Positions 1 through 10,999 of a DNA stretch of 64,000 nucleotides are shown in pieces. Origin of the DNA: an uncultured Nitrososphaerales archaeon. Its GTDB lineage: Archaea > Thermoproteota > Nitrososphaeria > Nitrososphaerales > Nitrososphaeraceae. The stretch is taken from NCBI GenBank assembly GCA_963713605.1, contig CAVQMO010000002.1, positions 36,498 to 100,497 on the forward strand. Direction: 5' to 3'. The position numbers and the translations under genes were made by a program. The notes beneath the pieces were generated by a model. That model did no database searches, was not told where the DNA came from, and saw nothing but the letters and a program-made list of their open reading frames with translations. Within the stretch, counting starts at the first letter, position 1; the number at the start of each line of letters is the position of its first letter.

Positions 1-525
1 ACACTTACCGACCCTGTGATTGAAAGAGCAGCATATTACTATCGCAAAACTCTCGATAGCAAACTCATTAAGGGCAGATCAATCAAAGAGATGGTTGTTG
101 CTTCAATATATGCTGCATGTAAAGAAATGGACATACCTAGGCGATTAGAAGATGTATCTAAGGCAGCAGACGCTGACAACATATTTGCTGGAAGATGTTT
201 TAGAATAATGTCACGAAAGCTAAGTATCAGCTCTCCTTCTGTAAATGCAGCACGCTATATGTCGAAGGTTGCAGAGAACGCTGCTGTTAGCCAAAAGACC
301 TACAGAACTGCACTTGATATGTTAGATATAGTAAAGAAAGACCCTATCTCATATGGCAAGGACCCTAAGGCACTTGCAACTGCTGCTTTGTATGGTGCTT
401 GTCTGGTTGAAAAACAAGGTAACGTTAGTCAAGCAAGAATAGCACAAGCGGGAGGAATAAGCGTAGTTACGTTAAGAAAGAGAGTCCTAGATATACAAAA
501 ACTATTCCCTGAAATGCAGAAATAG
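1..525 (+). CDS. tfb: Transcription initiation factor IIB (TFB) paralogue, 5' part outside window
   Basis: Frame open from base 1; cyclin-fold repeats with TFB motifs KGRSIKEMVVASIYAAC, GKDPKALATAALY and SQARIAQAGGISVVTLRKR. Confidence 0.9.
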   Translation, partial: TLTDPVIERAAYYYRKTLDSKLIKGRSIKEMVVASIYAACKEMDIPRRLEDVSKAADADNIFAGRCFRIMSRKLSISSPSVNAARYMSKVAENAAVSQKTYRTALDMLDIVKKDPISYGKDPKALATAALYGACLVEKQGNVSQARIAQAGGISVVTLRKRVLDIQKLFPEMQK

Positions 526-817
526 AAGACTAAAAGATAGTCAAATTCAAGATATGAAAGGCAGGGAATATAAACATAATCTGGAAAGAAGAATTACGCG
601 AAGCTATGAAACTCCTGCGGGGTGGAAAGGCAGCTGTGGAGTTAAGAGGGCGCCCTTCTTACCTCTATTAAAAAGTAAAAAGCATTACAAGCCATGAAAA
701 AGAATGAAATCAATTTCCTTCGCTATGGGCATAACTCTGGTCTTGTTTCAACCTCTCCTCTAAGAGAACGCGAGACAATAAAATCATAGGATTGTTTAGG
801 CGAAAAAAAATTATGTA

Positions 818-1021
818 ATGACCTATGTCAATCCTACAAAGCATGTAAAAAGTAAGTTTGCTAATAGTTATTGCGAAAATGGCTTTAAGAGATGCGTTGA
901 GTGTAATGTTTTCTTAAAGTGGGAGGGTATGAGATGTCCATGCTGTGATCACATTCTTCGTATTAGGCCGCATAACAACAAGTCTAAAGGGAGACTACTT
1001 GAAGAGGCTGTTCGGATCTGA
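818..1021 (+). CDS. Small Zn-finger protein
   Basis: 67 aa with CVEC...W...CPCC and a basic tail (LRIRP). Confidence 0.7.
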   Translation: MTYVNPTKHVKSKFANSYCENGFKRCVECNVFLKWEGMRCPCCDHILRIRPHNNKSKGRLLEEAVRI

Positions 1022-1301
1022 TTCCATGCTCATAGCACGAAGAAAGCTCCAATGACCTAGAATCTGGTTTCTTGGATGATATCTAGTTAGTTCCTAATTT
1101 TCAAAATGTCTACATACATGTCAAGACACTTAACTACCAGTGTTAACGCTGTAATTCGGTATAAATGTGTTGGAAGCTGTTGTGGTTGGTTTACTTGTAG
1201 TATTTATGTGACCTATTCTAAAATATTTGGTTGCGTTGGTTGTATTGGTATTAGTTTTGAGTTGACATAGTGTCGAATACAGTACCATCACTTACTTCCC
1301 A

Positions 1302-1757
1302 TCAGGCATCGTCAAAGTCTTTTTTTAATTTGGCTGATTCTTTTATACTATTTACTTGAATATCATCACTTTTTGTTATTATTCTGGATAATGATGGTCT
1401 AGCCGTTTCGCCCAGTGTGATCGCCTCTTTTCCCTTTCTCATAAGTGAAAATGTGATTCCATTATCTGTCAGTTTTTGAGCGAATTCAGTAGCAGTTCTT
1501 AACTTATCGAATAGACCGGTCTGGTCGTCTGGGACGCTGAAGAAAGTGGGTTCTAATAAATCCAGTCTTACCACTGTTCTATTACTGTCATCACCGTCGA
1601 GATGACTATTTCTATTTATTTCAACTTTCAATACTGGTTGGTTCACTACTGCTAGTTTTACTGAACCTGATGTAACTGAGTTCAACATCTTGAATAGACT
1701 ATCCACAATCTGATCGCTTTCAGAAACATGAAGGTGTTTTCTGCCAAGTAATACCAT
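1302..1757 (-). CDS. Hypothetical protein
   Basis: 151 aa ORF of globular composition, 26 nt downstream of the 1784-2050 ORF. Confidence 0.7.
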   Translation of the reverse strand: MVLLGRKHLHVSESDQIVDSLFKMLNSVTSGSVKLAVVNQPVLKVEINRNSHLDGDDSNRTVVRLDLLEPTFFSVPDDQTGLFDKLRTATEFAQKLTDNGITFSLMRKGKEAITLGETARPSLSRIITKSDDIQVNSIKESAKLKKDFDDA

Positions 1758-1783
1758 TATCTCTTGTTTCCTTTTGACTAAAC

Positions 1784-2050
1784 CTACAAACTCGTTCCTT
1801 GAGCTTTATGTGCTTCTGTTGTCCAAACAACCTTGCCATTTAGTTTCCAAGTAGCGCCGCCCAAATCTCTGCCATCTGGTCCTTTTGCCTTTGGTACATC
1901 CACCTCTAGATCATCAAATTCGATTGTAGAAGTCATATTTGTACCTGACACCACCTTTTCCATGACTTGACTAATAATCTGTGCCCATTGGCTTGGTACA
2001 TTTTGCTTTCCCCCCTCGTCTTCATGTTTGTCTGTATTATTGTTCAACAT
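1784..2050 (-). CDS. Hypothetical protein
   Basis: 88 aa ORF; likely two-gene operon with 1302-1757. Confidence 0.65.
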   Translation of the reverse strand: MLNNNTDKHEDEGGKQNVPSQWAQIISQVMEKVVSGTNMTSTIEFDDLEVDVPKAKGPDGRDLGGATWKLNGKVVWTTEAHKAQGTSL

Positions 2051-2519
2051 TTAGTATATGATATATCAACTTTGGATTTAAAGGGTAAAGGGTGATGCCA
2101 TCCCCAGTACAATGAAGCAGCCTCATAATATTTTACTTTTAAACATGATTCGCTTTTTGGTCCTGAGGACAATAAAACCAAATTGGATGTCACAGGATCT
2201 AAGTGGGTTGAGGATAGGGAGCGAATAAAAGGGTAAGGAAGGAAAGGAAAATAGTGGATTAGGAAGCCGTCCAACCAATAGGTATATGGTCAGACTGTAG
2301 CATCATTTATATCTAAATTTCAGTCAACAATTTGAGTTGAAAGCTTCTGATCAACTCATTCAAAAGTACATAGCAGAACTATGCAAGAAATTACAAAAGA
2401 AAATTGAATTTAACTTGGCAAAGATGCGGACCGTTTGACTGTGAAAGAAATATTGAAAGTATTATTCAACTTCTAAAAGCGAACAATCTGTATGATAAAG
2501 CGATCACTTCTTCCAAGCA

Positions 2520-3020
2520 ATAAAAGGGGCTGTAAATTTAGCATATGTTGGATTCCTTTTAGGGATTGGTCAGGCAGCAACTAACAGACAGAAAGGAAAT
2601 CGTAAGATATCCCCGGACGATGTCCTAAATATCCAGAAGAATAGTTACTTGTACAAATATCGGTACGTTCAATTTAAATTGTATTTTTTGAATATTGTGT
2701 CTAACTTAACCAATGATCCTGATTACAAAAACGAATTACTACGATAGCTAGTTGCCATTTCAAAAAGTATACCTGATCGATATGTAGTCAGTTTAAGTCA
2801 AGAAATGTCGAACCTAAATTTAAGATTTCTGGGTAAATTGGAGAACCCTCCCTCCGCTATCACAGATGAAACTATTGATGAATATAGTGAGTTATATGAT
2901 AAAGGCTGTAAGTGTCTAGAAAAATATATCAAGATTTCATTCAGATTCATTGTTTGGAATTCGATAAAACATGGGGAAAAGATCAAGGATCCATCTCCGG
3001 AGAATAGTATTTCAATCTAA
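2520..3020 (+). pseudogene. Degraded ORF of unknown function
   Basis: Protein-like frame extends upstream of the 2805 ORF through an in-frame TAG near 2745. Confidence 0.3.
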
Positions 3021-3282
3021 TGACGGCAGGCGGATACGTTCCTATAGTAGCTTCATTCTAATGGTGGGAGAACTGTTTAGTGTGCTATTTCTACTGAGTA
3101 GATTTTCTCACTACCTGCTGTTGACAAAGCTTCAGGAGTATGTCTAGTTACGACATTTATGTGTACATTAACAGAAATACAGGTGATATTATTTACTCTT
3201 GTTAGAGTACAATTTGTCCATCCTGAATGGTTGTCGATACTTAAGCCTATTGAATTCAACCTGAATGCATAATTTGGGGGAT

Positions 3283-3398
3283 ATTTCTATGACAGAACTT
3301 GATTACTGTTGTCTTCTCTCGAGAATCTTGCAGTCTCACAGTCAGAGCCAAGATCTTGCAGTCTCACAGTCAGAGCCATTAATTGATCGGAAAGATGT
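3283..3398 (-). repeat. Copy of integrase 3' end plus downstream flank (direct repeat of 40814-40900) with internal 26-bp tandem duplication
   Basis: atttctatgacagaacttgattactgttgtct...ttaattgatcggaaagatgt at both sites; atcttgcagtctcacagtcagagcca at 3325-3350 and 3353-3378. Confidence 0.9.
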
Positions 3399-3565
3399 AA
3401 GCACTTCATGTGTAGTAGGTAGTATGTAAGTAGTGATTAATTGTTTAAATACATCAAGTCCGAACCGAATAATTTCACTTGTGGAATATTAACCAGTATA
3501 GATAAATTTCAAATATAGAATACTATTATCGAGAATCTGAAAATAAAAAAAGAGATTAAAGTTAT

Positions 3566-3742
3566 TTAAAATACCGTCTGTTCGCCGTCTTCGTAGTCGC
3601 CGTTGCCGACGTGATGATCGTCTTCTACAACTTGCTGAGTCCCGTCTAGTGCTATTGCGTTCTCTTCACCCTGAATTAGTGAGCCAATGTTTTCAAAGAC
3701 ATTCAATGGGAGGTTACCGTTTCCACATGCGTTGGCTAGCAC
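3566..3742 (-). pseudogene. 5'-truncated paralogue of small secreted protein 31397-31666
   Basis: Reads ANACGNGNLPLNVFENIGSLIQGEENAIAL versus ANACGNGELPLNIGCQNTASQIQGDENGVSL; signal peptide missing. Confidence 0.75.
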
Positions 3743-3750
3743 ATTATATT

Positions 3751-4041
3751 TTAACCGTACCTACTTTGCTGCATCTTATCGTATTTTATTTTCATGATTA
3801 GCAAAGTAATGTTTAGTGCAAAACCTGCGGCATTAGTCCCAATTATGACTGGGTCAGATCTGATGAATCCATATATAACCCAGAGAAACATCCCGCTTGA
3901 AATAAGAATCATTAGATGAGCAGATACATCAAACATCTTCTTGGTTTTGTATGCTTTCATAAGCTGTGGTATGAATGATGATAGAACCAGTATGCCTGCC
4001 ACAGTACCGATTATATCAACGTATGCAACAAGATTTTCCAT
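3751..4041 (-). CDS. SemiSWEET / PQ-loop (MtN3-like) transporter
   Basis: Three TM helices, SFIPQL PQ motif, LWVIYG and IIGTN motifs. Confidence 0.85.
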   Translation of the reverse strand: MENLVAYVDIIGTVAGILVLSSFIPQLMKAYKTKKMFDVSAHLMILISSGMFLWVIYGFIRSDPVIIGTNAAGFALNITLLIMKIKYDKMQQSRYG

Positions 4042-4254
4042 TACATTCTCAATGATTACAACATTGGATATAAGAGAAAACAATTAAGTGGGTCTGGCTA
4101 TTCATCGTATACTTCGCTTCACTAGTTGGGCTTATCAACAATATCAGTAAGAATTGTCAATCTAGTTGTCAGAATAAGCAATTTATAGCTAATTGATGTT
4201 CTCTTGTTATTTCAATCATTAAATGCTGAAATACCAAGATCAATAAAGTTAGCT

Positions 4255-4615
4255 ATGGTAAAAATTGTAGAAACAGATGAAAGAATAACTCTTGAAAAAC
4301 AGCTGGATTGGACCAATTGTCATGATGAACAAGTTCAATGTAGATCCGCAAGAAGCTGATGAGTTTCTACAAGTGTTCGCTAAGACTACGGAAACTTTTA
4401 AACAGCAACCCGGATTCATTTCGGCCCAGCTGCATCGGGGTATTTCTGGCAGTACCACATTCGTTAATTATGTCGTTTGGGAATCTGGAGCACATTTTAA
4501 ATAAGCATTTACTAGACCAGAATTCAGATCAAACATGGCTAAAGTTTTGCCTAATACTGTTAAGTCTCCACACTTATTCAGGAAAGTAGCGGTCCCAGGA
4601 ATCTATGTAGACTAG
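4255..4615 (+). pseudogene. Antibiotic biosynthesis monooxygenase (ABM) family protein, broken
   Basis: FKQQPGFISAQLHRGISGSTTFVNYVVWES; frameshift near 4305 and in-frame TAA at 4502-4504, frame continues AFTRPEF...PGIYVD*. Confidence 0.8.
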
Positions 4616-5142
4616 ATCTTTATCATTTCAGAAGACAATTTGATTAGTATTAATTGGATAATACGGTTTTATAGTTTGATAACTCTAGCATAGAGAGACA
4701 ATAATAATTATTCGCTTTCTTTAGAATTATGATTCGATGAGTTCAAATCTCACTTCATTATTCTGTCGTTCTAAGTAGTCCTGTTCTTAGTTGTCATGTT
4801 TGTAATTCCCATAATACTGAGCTAATACCCATCTCTACAAATGAGTCAATTAGAATAGATTACAATATAATCCGGGGTATGGACCAGACTTTTAATTCAT
4901 TATGGCGATAATAAAGTTTATTTTAATATTTCGAAAACTTTATTGAAAGAGTTTGAAATTAATTTTCTTCTTACAAATACTGTCAACGCGTAAGAGAAGA
5001 ATTGACTATAATATGTAAATACAAGCGGTATTAACTATAATAAGTAAATACATCCAGAGAATCAGTCAACTATTATTTACTTTGTTGTTTGAAGAATGAG
5101 ATAGTATTCGTAATGACAAACTATCTAGCGGTGATGGGCTAA

Positions 5143-5388
5143 ATGCGTAGAAATTCGTACAATGGTGGCCTAACTGAGAGACAAACATTATTTTATGTAC
5201 TCAGAAGTATTTCAGAGGGAAAAAATGAAGCCCAAATTGCGGAAAGATTTGATGGAGATACAGTGTTAGTAAAAACTTGGGTGGATACTTTGAAGCAAAT
5301 ACGTTATGTAGTTACAAATCATTTTAACGAGCCAGTTATAACATCTGATGGTAAGAATTTTCTTCAAACGTTTGATTCAGATCGTTGA
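5143..5388 (+). CDS. Small winged-helix-like protein
   Basis: 81 aa; LTERQ...IAERF...ITSDGKNFL wing-like end. Confidence 0.6.
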   Translation: MRRNSYNGGLTERQTLFYVLRSISEGKNEAQIAERFDGDTVLVKTWVDTLKQIRYVVTNHFNEPVITSDGKNFLQTFDSDR

Positions 5389-5921
5389 GTTAGACTCACT
5401 ATAGCAGATTTTAAAGAAGAAGGAGATACGACTGCAATCGTATTTGCACCCTCAGATCTGTTCTTTAGTTGGTAGGAGAATTATTACCTCTTAAGGAATG
5501 GCTTAGGAGAGCGATAGATACAGACGATAATAATATAGAAAAGATCTTCAAATTAAGATAATAACTTACGTTCGAACATGCATAATAAGGAAAAATCGCA
5601 ATTATAAGTTACCAGAGTAAGTCATCATATAAGTCCGTTACTATTACTACGAATGGAATAACATGGAGCTAGTGGTTACCTTTTCACTAGCTCCAGTATG
5701 TATATGTAAATTGCCCACACTCATTTGCCTGCAAAAGACAAAGGCTGATCGCTTATCATCCTAAATTAGATGCTCCTTAAAAGCTAATTAGTACGCAAAC
5801 ATTCGCAGCTTACTCAGGGATTCTTAATCTCAACCAAAACCTGGACACAAATCTCATCGAAGCCCATTATGGAAAACAATGGTTGGGGCTACAAAAAATA
5901 GTAGTATACTACTTCTTTCAG

Positions 5922-6071
5922 CTAAGCTGGTTCTTTTTCATCCTGACCTTTATCAGTCATTTCTGCAGCTTCTTCACGAAGGTTTTCTGCTGGGCCAGAT
6001 GTTTCTGGATCATCTTCAGCCGCCCCAATCTTTTTCTGATTCTTTTGAGCTGACTCTATATCTTTACTCAT
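5922..6071 (-). CDS. Small hydrophilic protein (49 aa), not in ORF track
   Basis: ATG..TAG: MSKDIESAQKNQKKIGAAEDDPETSGPAENLREEAAEMTDKGQDEKEPA. Confidence 0.6.
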   Translation of the reverse strand: MSKDIESAQKNQKKIGAAEDDPETSGPAENLREEAAEMTDKGQDEKEPA

Positions 6072-6950
6072 TACAATTTATAAGCTAACATACTATAAGT
6101 ATGCATCCTGATTCACACGCTTGATAATTGATATAAATGCAGAACATTGGAATGGATGCAAAGGACCTTTTGTCATACAACTTGCCGTCATCTCTTTCTG
6201 GAAGTAAGAAAGCTATTTGATGTAGACCTTCCAACCACTTCTGAAGAAGAAGATGTGGTAATCTTCTGCTTGGCAAACGGGAATTCGCTGGGATTGATAC
6301 TGGTCATAGCTATTTGTATATTACAATAACCAATATCTATAGTACTATAATTGCCACAATTGCTTTTGATTATCTTTTAGTTCCTGGCACTTATTTAAAA
6401 AGCTAAAACTGCAGAGGAAAATATATATGGAATTGTAAATATTGTAATATGATCGATGATTTAACCCCGAGCTATTCTATGGTAGATTGCAACAACATAA
6501 TTAAAATCGGTCACGATAATACATTCTTAGCGAAGCGCAAGATCTATTCTTATCAGTCTCTGTTATTTCATAAATGGCATAACTATGGTTGGTTAGTGAA
6601 TTGTGCAGGTCACTAACCAACCCTTATCCCATGTCCTATGAAGAAAGGACAGCAATTATAATATAATATTGTTTTTAAGCCTTGGCTATCAGCGGAAGAT
6701 AATCTATAGTAATACGAGTTGACTGGTGACTTTGAGGTTATGGATAAGTGGATACCAGCCAACTCGCCGGATGCAATACTATTACGATTAACATTCCTAA
6801 TAATAATTTTCAAATGTGGAGCTGGAAAGTCTGGGTAGATTTATCGTATCAGCCATTATCAAAAAAAGATCAATTTTCGGATTCAAGAAAATCAGCACCG
6901 CTAACTAATTCATAAATCATTTATACAGAGCCTGCTACCCGTATACAAAC

Positions 6951-7061
6951 ATGGCAATTGACGAGGATGAAAAAGAAATACCTCAGGAGGAGGAACTAGT
7001 AGAAGAGACAGAAGTAGTAGACGAAGAAGAAAAGGACGATGTAGAACAGGAAGAGAACTAA
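6951..7061 (+). CDS. Very acidic peptide (36 aa), not in ORF track
   Basis: MAIDEDEKEIPQEEELVEETEVVDEEEKDDVEQEEN; tttata box about 25-30 nt upstream. Confidence 0.5.
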   Translation: MAIDEDEKEIPQEEELVEETEVVDEEEKDDVEQEEN

Positions 7062-7253
7062 CTAGTTAATTCTATTAGATAACAGTTACAGTTGCTATAT
7101 CAGGTATTTCAGTTTCACAATAAAGACACTTCCTTTTTGCCTTAATCGGTTTATCAATCTCAATGAACTTTGTTAATTTTGGTATTGGAACTACAGTGAG
7201 ATGCTCCCAACTAATAATAAACGTCTATTAATCATGTTAACTATAATATTATT

Positions 7254-7430
7254 ATGAGCATAGAGAAAAAGAACCCATTGAAACGGGATCAGGCCTTAAA
7301 TGATGCAACCAGCGGACAAATGGGGGAAGAGCCAAGACTGGAACCTTTGCCGGATCCGTTGCCTGATTCTGATCAAAGTCTAGAAGATTCCAAACGGAAA
7401 GCGGCTCGTAGGATTTCTAGGGGCGTATAA
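7254..7430 (+). CDS. Small hydrophilic protein (58 aa), not in ORF track
   Basis: MSIEKKNPLKRDQALNDATSGQMGEEPRLEPLPDPLPDSDQSLEDSKRKAARRISRGV. Confidence 0.55.
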   Translation: MSIEKKNPLKRDQALNDATSGQMGEEPRLEPLPDPLPDSDQSLEDSKRKAARRISRGV

Positions 7431-7873
7431 TAAAAAATATTAACTTTCTGGTATCGCTTCGGGTATTGGCATGAATATCTCTAGTCTATCATAAGATTTG
7501 CCAGAAACAATCAACTTAAGTTCTAGTATAATTATTCGATCTTCTTACTGGTGCATCAATTTGTATTTCATATTTTATTTCAGTCATCAATATGTAGCCA
7601 TATTATAAACTATTCAACAGCACATAGTTTGCAATCGCAGGTTAGGTACTATGTAAAAATGAGTCCTGCCGTAAGGATGCTTAAACTAATTTAAACAAAA
7701 AGGTAACCCGCTGGTAAGAGGCTTTTTTCGGCCAGTCCCGTATTTGGCCTTTCCTCTATACCTCAATAGCATGACGGGGAACGGGACAGAAACCCGCCGT
7801 ACCATTTTCGCAGGGAACGTCAATAATATCTCTAAATTATTCCTTATAACGGTTTGTTGTCCTGATTAAACTA

Positions 7874-8062
7874 TCAAATGGTCTCATCTTCCTTCCATCG
7901 GTGAATTAACTTATTCTCTTTACTTTTTACTTCAAAACCTATTTTCACTCCTGCTTGATATTCTTGTACGTTTTGATCTTCTATCCGTACAGTTACTCGA
8001 CCTACTTCCGCCCATCTTAAACTCTTTGACTTTGAGGGGGGCGCTTACTCTTGGCTTGGTCT
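7874..8062 (-). pseudogene. Dodecin (flavin-binding) C-terminal remnant
   Basis: KSLRWAEVGRVTVRIEDQNVQEYQAGVKIGFEVK matches the dodecin pattern LRWxEV...EYQxxxKIGF; no N-terminus. Confidence 0.7.
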
Positions 8063-8100
8063 GTTACAAGTGAGTTAGATTACCTACGAGATAATCTAGC

Positions 8101-9277
8101 TCACAACGCCTTTTCATCATACCGACTCTCTCCTACGAGCTTTGATAATTCTACAGCTCCACGAATGCTTCTAGCGATATCCTGTTTCATCTGATGAGAG
8201 CTCTTCATATCATAGAGATTATTTTCAGTATCTTCTGCATACCAACCTCTACTCCAGCCTACAAAGGGAAATTTTCCAAAAATAAAACCAAGCTGTGACC
8301 AGAATGTCATGAGCTCGCCAGCTACATGTTGTACATTGTCCTGTCCACCAGTAATGATGAATGCGGCTACCTTATCTCTAATAAGATGTGTGTCGTGTGT
8401 AATGATTTGATTCTGAACACAATTCATTCTCTGAATCATCTTGTAGTAGAGTGAGCTGCCAATTTCCCCACCTTATGGGTGTTGCAAGTACTACTACGTC
8501 GGCCCATAGAATAAGTCTTTCATAAATCTGGATCATCTGATCATTCTTATCCATCTCTGAAATTGAACACGGAAAAATGCAGGCTTTAGCATTCTTGGAA
8601 TAGTATCCTTCACAATGTTTGAATGACAAATCTCGGAGTTTGATCATTAGAATATTTGAATCAAGTTGGTTCTTTGCATAATCTAAGGCATACTTAAGAG
8701 CTTCCTCTGAAGTGCTCTTACGAGGTGCAATTTCATCATTTAGATTTGTGGTGGATATGCCAAGTACATTTCTCTTCCTGTTAGCATCGGAAATAAGTTG
8801 TGCATCCTTGTCTTTATGGTTTAGAAAAGCGTTGACAGAATTTTTCAAGTGGGTATACGCTTGATGCGGCTCCGTGACTCTTTTACCTAGAGCTCTAGGA
8901 ACCAGATTTACATACAGCTTTCCCTCTATTACTTTAGTCTCATACGAGTCTACACTGTCCCCTCCCTCGTGTGGTGACTTACCATTTACAATAGAATATT
9001 TCCAACCATGCCATGGACACGTTACTATTTTTTCTTTTACGGTTCCCTGACTTAGTGGACCACCTACATGTTTACAGATGTTTGATATGGCATAATATTT
9101 TTCTTGTACGTTAAATACAGCAATTTCGACTTTAGGTCCTTTTTTACTTTTTATCGAGAAGCTTTTTGAATTGCCTGAAGCAATATCAGCTGCCTGAGAG
9201 ATGTAATGAAATTCATCATCATCATCACCATATCTGTCGTTGTTACTCCCATTCTTCGCATTATGTTCTTTCTTCAT
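8101..9277 (-). CDS. Rieske [2Fe-2S] domain fused to flavodoxin-like NAD(P)H-dependent FMN reductase; 1-nt frameshift near 8461
   Basis: CKHVGGPL and CPWHGW Rieske motifs; CEGYYS...CIFPC, ADVVVLATPIRWG and second ORF AAFIITGGQD. Confidence 0.85.
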
Positions 9278-9819
9278 ATACCAATTAACTTTGCTTGTAA
9301 GGATAATAATTTGGTTTGATTATTGATGATGATCTGAAGGGTTGATCAATGGAAGATATCACCATCTACCGCAACCAATATTCTGCTAAATTTGCTTTTA
9401 CATGACAATTCCTTGTAAACTGGTTATTGAAGCAAATTATTATAATCTTTACATAGCATTGGATAATTGATGACATGAGATGAGACTTGGAGACTTGAAT
9501 TCGTCGGACTTTAGAAGCTAGTCCTAGAGTCTGAAGATACCTTTGTCTTAATCCAAAGTAAAACCAAGGAGTAACCGAAGATCTAGAATTATTATTTTTT
9601 TGAACCATACTTACTCAATATTCAACAATATTTATAATACTTGTACTATAACTACTGGGGAGGGGAGGGAGTATTTACGGGATAACCGGGCCAAGTTTGA
9701 ATGCCTAGTTACGACGTGAGCTCATTTACGTCGACGGCACCAAAGCTGTTGTCGGCATAATAATAAGTTAGAGAAATAGAATATGGAAATTATTTATATT
9801 ATAACATTATAGAGACAAT

Positions 9820-10142
9820 ATGTCATTACTAATATTCATTTTGCTCCTATCGCTTAATAGCAATAAATCCATCAATCGCGATAACTCTGAACGCGTCCAA
9901 TAATGAACCTAATAATACATATTTTGGGGGTTTATCTGCAGAATCCACTGATATTGCAGAGGCAAATAAAATTGATTTGATTATTGATGGTACTGGTGAC
10001 AACACATGCTTCGGAAGGTTTATCTGCAGAATCCACTGGCATTGCAGAGACAAGTAGAATTGATTTAATAAATGGTACAAATAATAACAATGATACGGAT
10101 TTTGGTGGACTGTCTACTAAATCTGTATATATTACTAAATAA
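9820..10142 (+). pseudogene. Putative secreted protein with three FGGLS repeats; two 1-nt frameshifts (near 9853 and 10016)
   Basis: Hydrophobic start MSLLIFILLLS/LIAINPSIA, then NTYFGGLSAES.. / NTCFGGLSAES.. / DTDFGGLSTKS; DNA direct repeat 9931-9993 vs 10019-10078. Confidence 0.55.
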
Positions 10143-10243
10143 ATTTTTCTTAGCGTCCATTTCTCAAAAACTGATGAACCACATATCAACATGATAAATA
10201 ACTGTTTCCATATTATCAGCGAGCTATTTAGAAGCTGGAGTTA

Positions 10244-10789
10244 TTACTGCCCAATTTTTATAATGACAGCATTCTCTGTAACATTACAAGATGATTTTGA
10301 TTCAAACGCTACTTCCAATAGATATCTGGAGATCTCTTTGATTAAGTAGGAGTACTTTATGCCCATATCGTGTTCAATGATGATCTTCCAGCCATCTCCA
10401 TTCATTTCAAACCTGTAGGGCATCTGGGCTATTCTTAACCAAGTTTCTGCAATATTTGAAAGGGAAGCCATGGTAAATCCGCCCCGTAGAAATAGACTTA
10501 TATCGACAAGATCATTCTTCGCTGTATCTCTAGCCAGCTCAGATAGTTCTTCTTCTGTGAGTTCATTAATTAATCTAATCAAAAATGATTTGGGTAAGTA
10601 GTATAGCTTGGCATGTGCGACTCTACTGTGCCAGTCTAGGTATGCATTGATTATTTGGTTAACTAATGTGTTAGGAGTGACAGTTTTGGTTTGAGATACT
10701 TTGCGAAGTTGCTCTAACTTTTCTTTTGGTAGTCTAAAAGTAGCACAGGTTGTAGTCGATGATGGCCTTGGAATCTCTACCGACTTCAA
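10244..10789 (-). CDS. RHH-like N-terminal domain protein, thaumarchaeal family, subtype A
   Basis: ATFRLPKEKLEQLRKVSQ..TPNTLVNQIINAYLDW (strand-helix-helix pattern) plus C-domain with IIIEHDMGIKYS; paralogues nearby. Confidence 0.8.
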   Translation of the reverse strand: MKSVEIPRPSSTTTCATFRLPKEKLEQLRKVSQTKTVTPNTLVNQIINAYLDWHSRVAHAKLYYLPKSFLIRLINELTEEELSELARDTAKNDLVDISLFLRGGFTMASLSNIAETWLRIAQMPYRFEMNGDGWKIIIEHDMGIKYSYLIKEISRYLLEVAFESKSSCNVTENAVIIKIGQ

Positions 10790-10999
10790 AGCGAATAAAG
10801 TTGATATTCATACCGATATTTAAATTTTATTTTCAGGAAATAACAAACTGATATAAATCCTCAATAATCAGCCCAATTTTGTTGACAACAGTCCATATCC
10901 TGTTTTGGTCTGATTCCTGTATATAGTGGCAAATAATACCACATACTATTCAGATTGCAAGATTTATTATCTATATTGAGCAATAGCGTATGATAGTAA

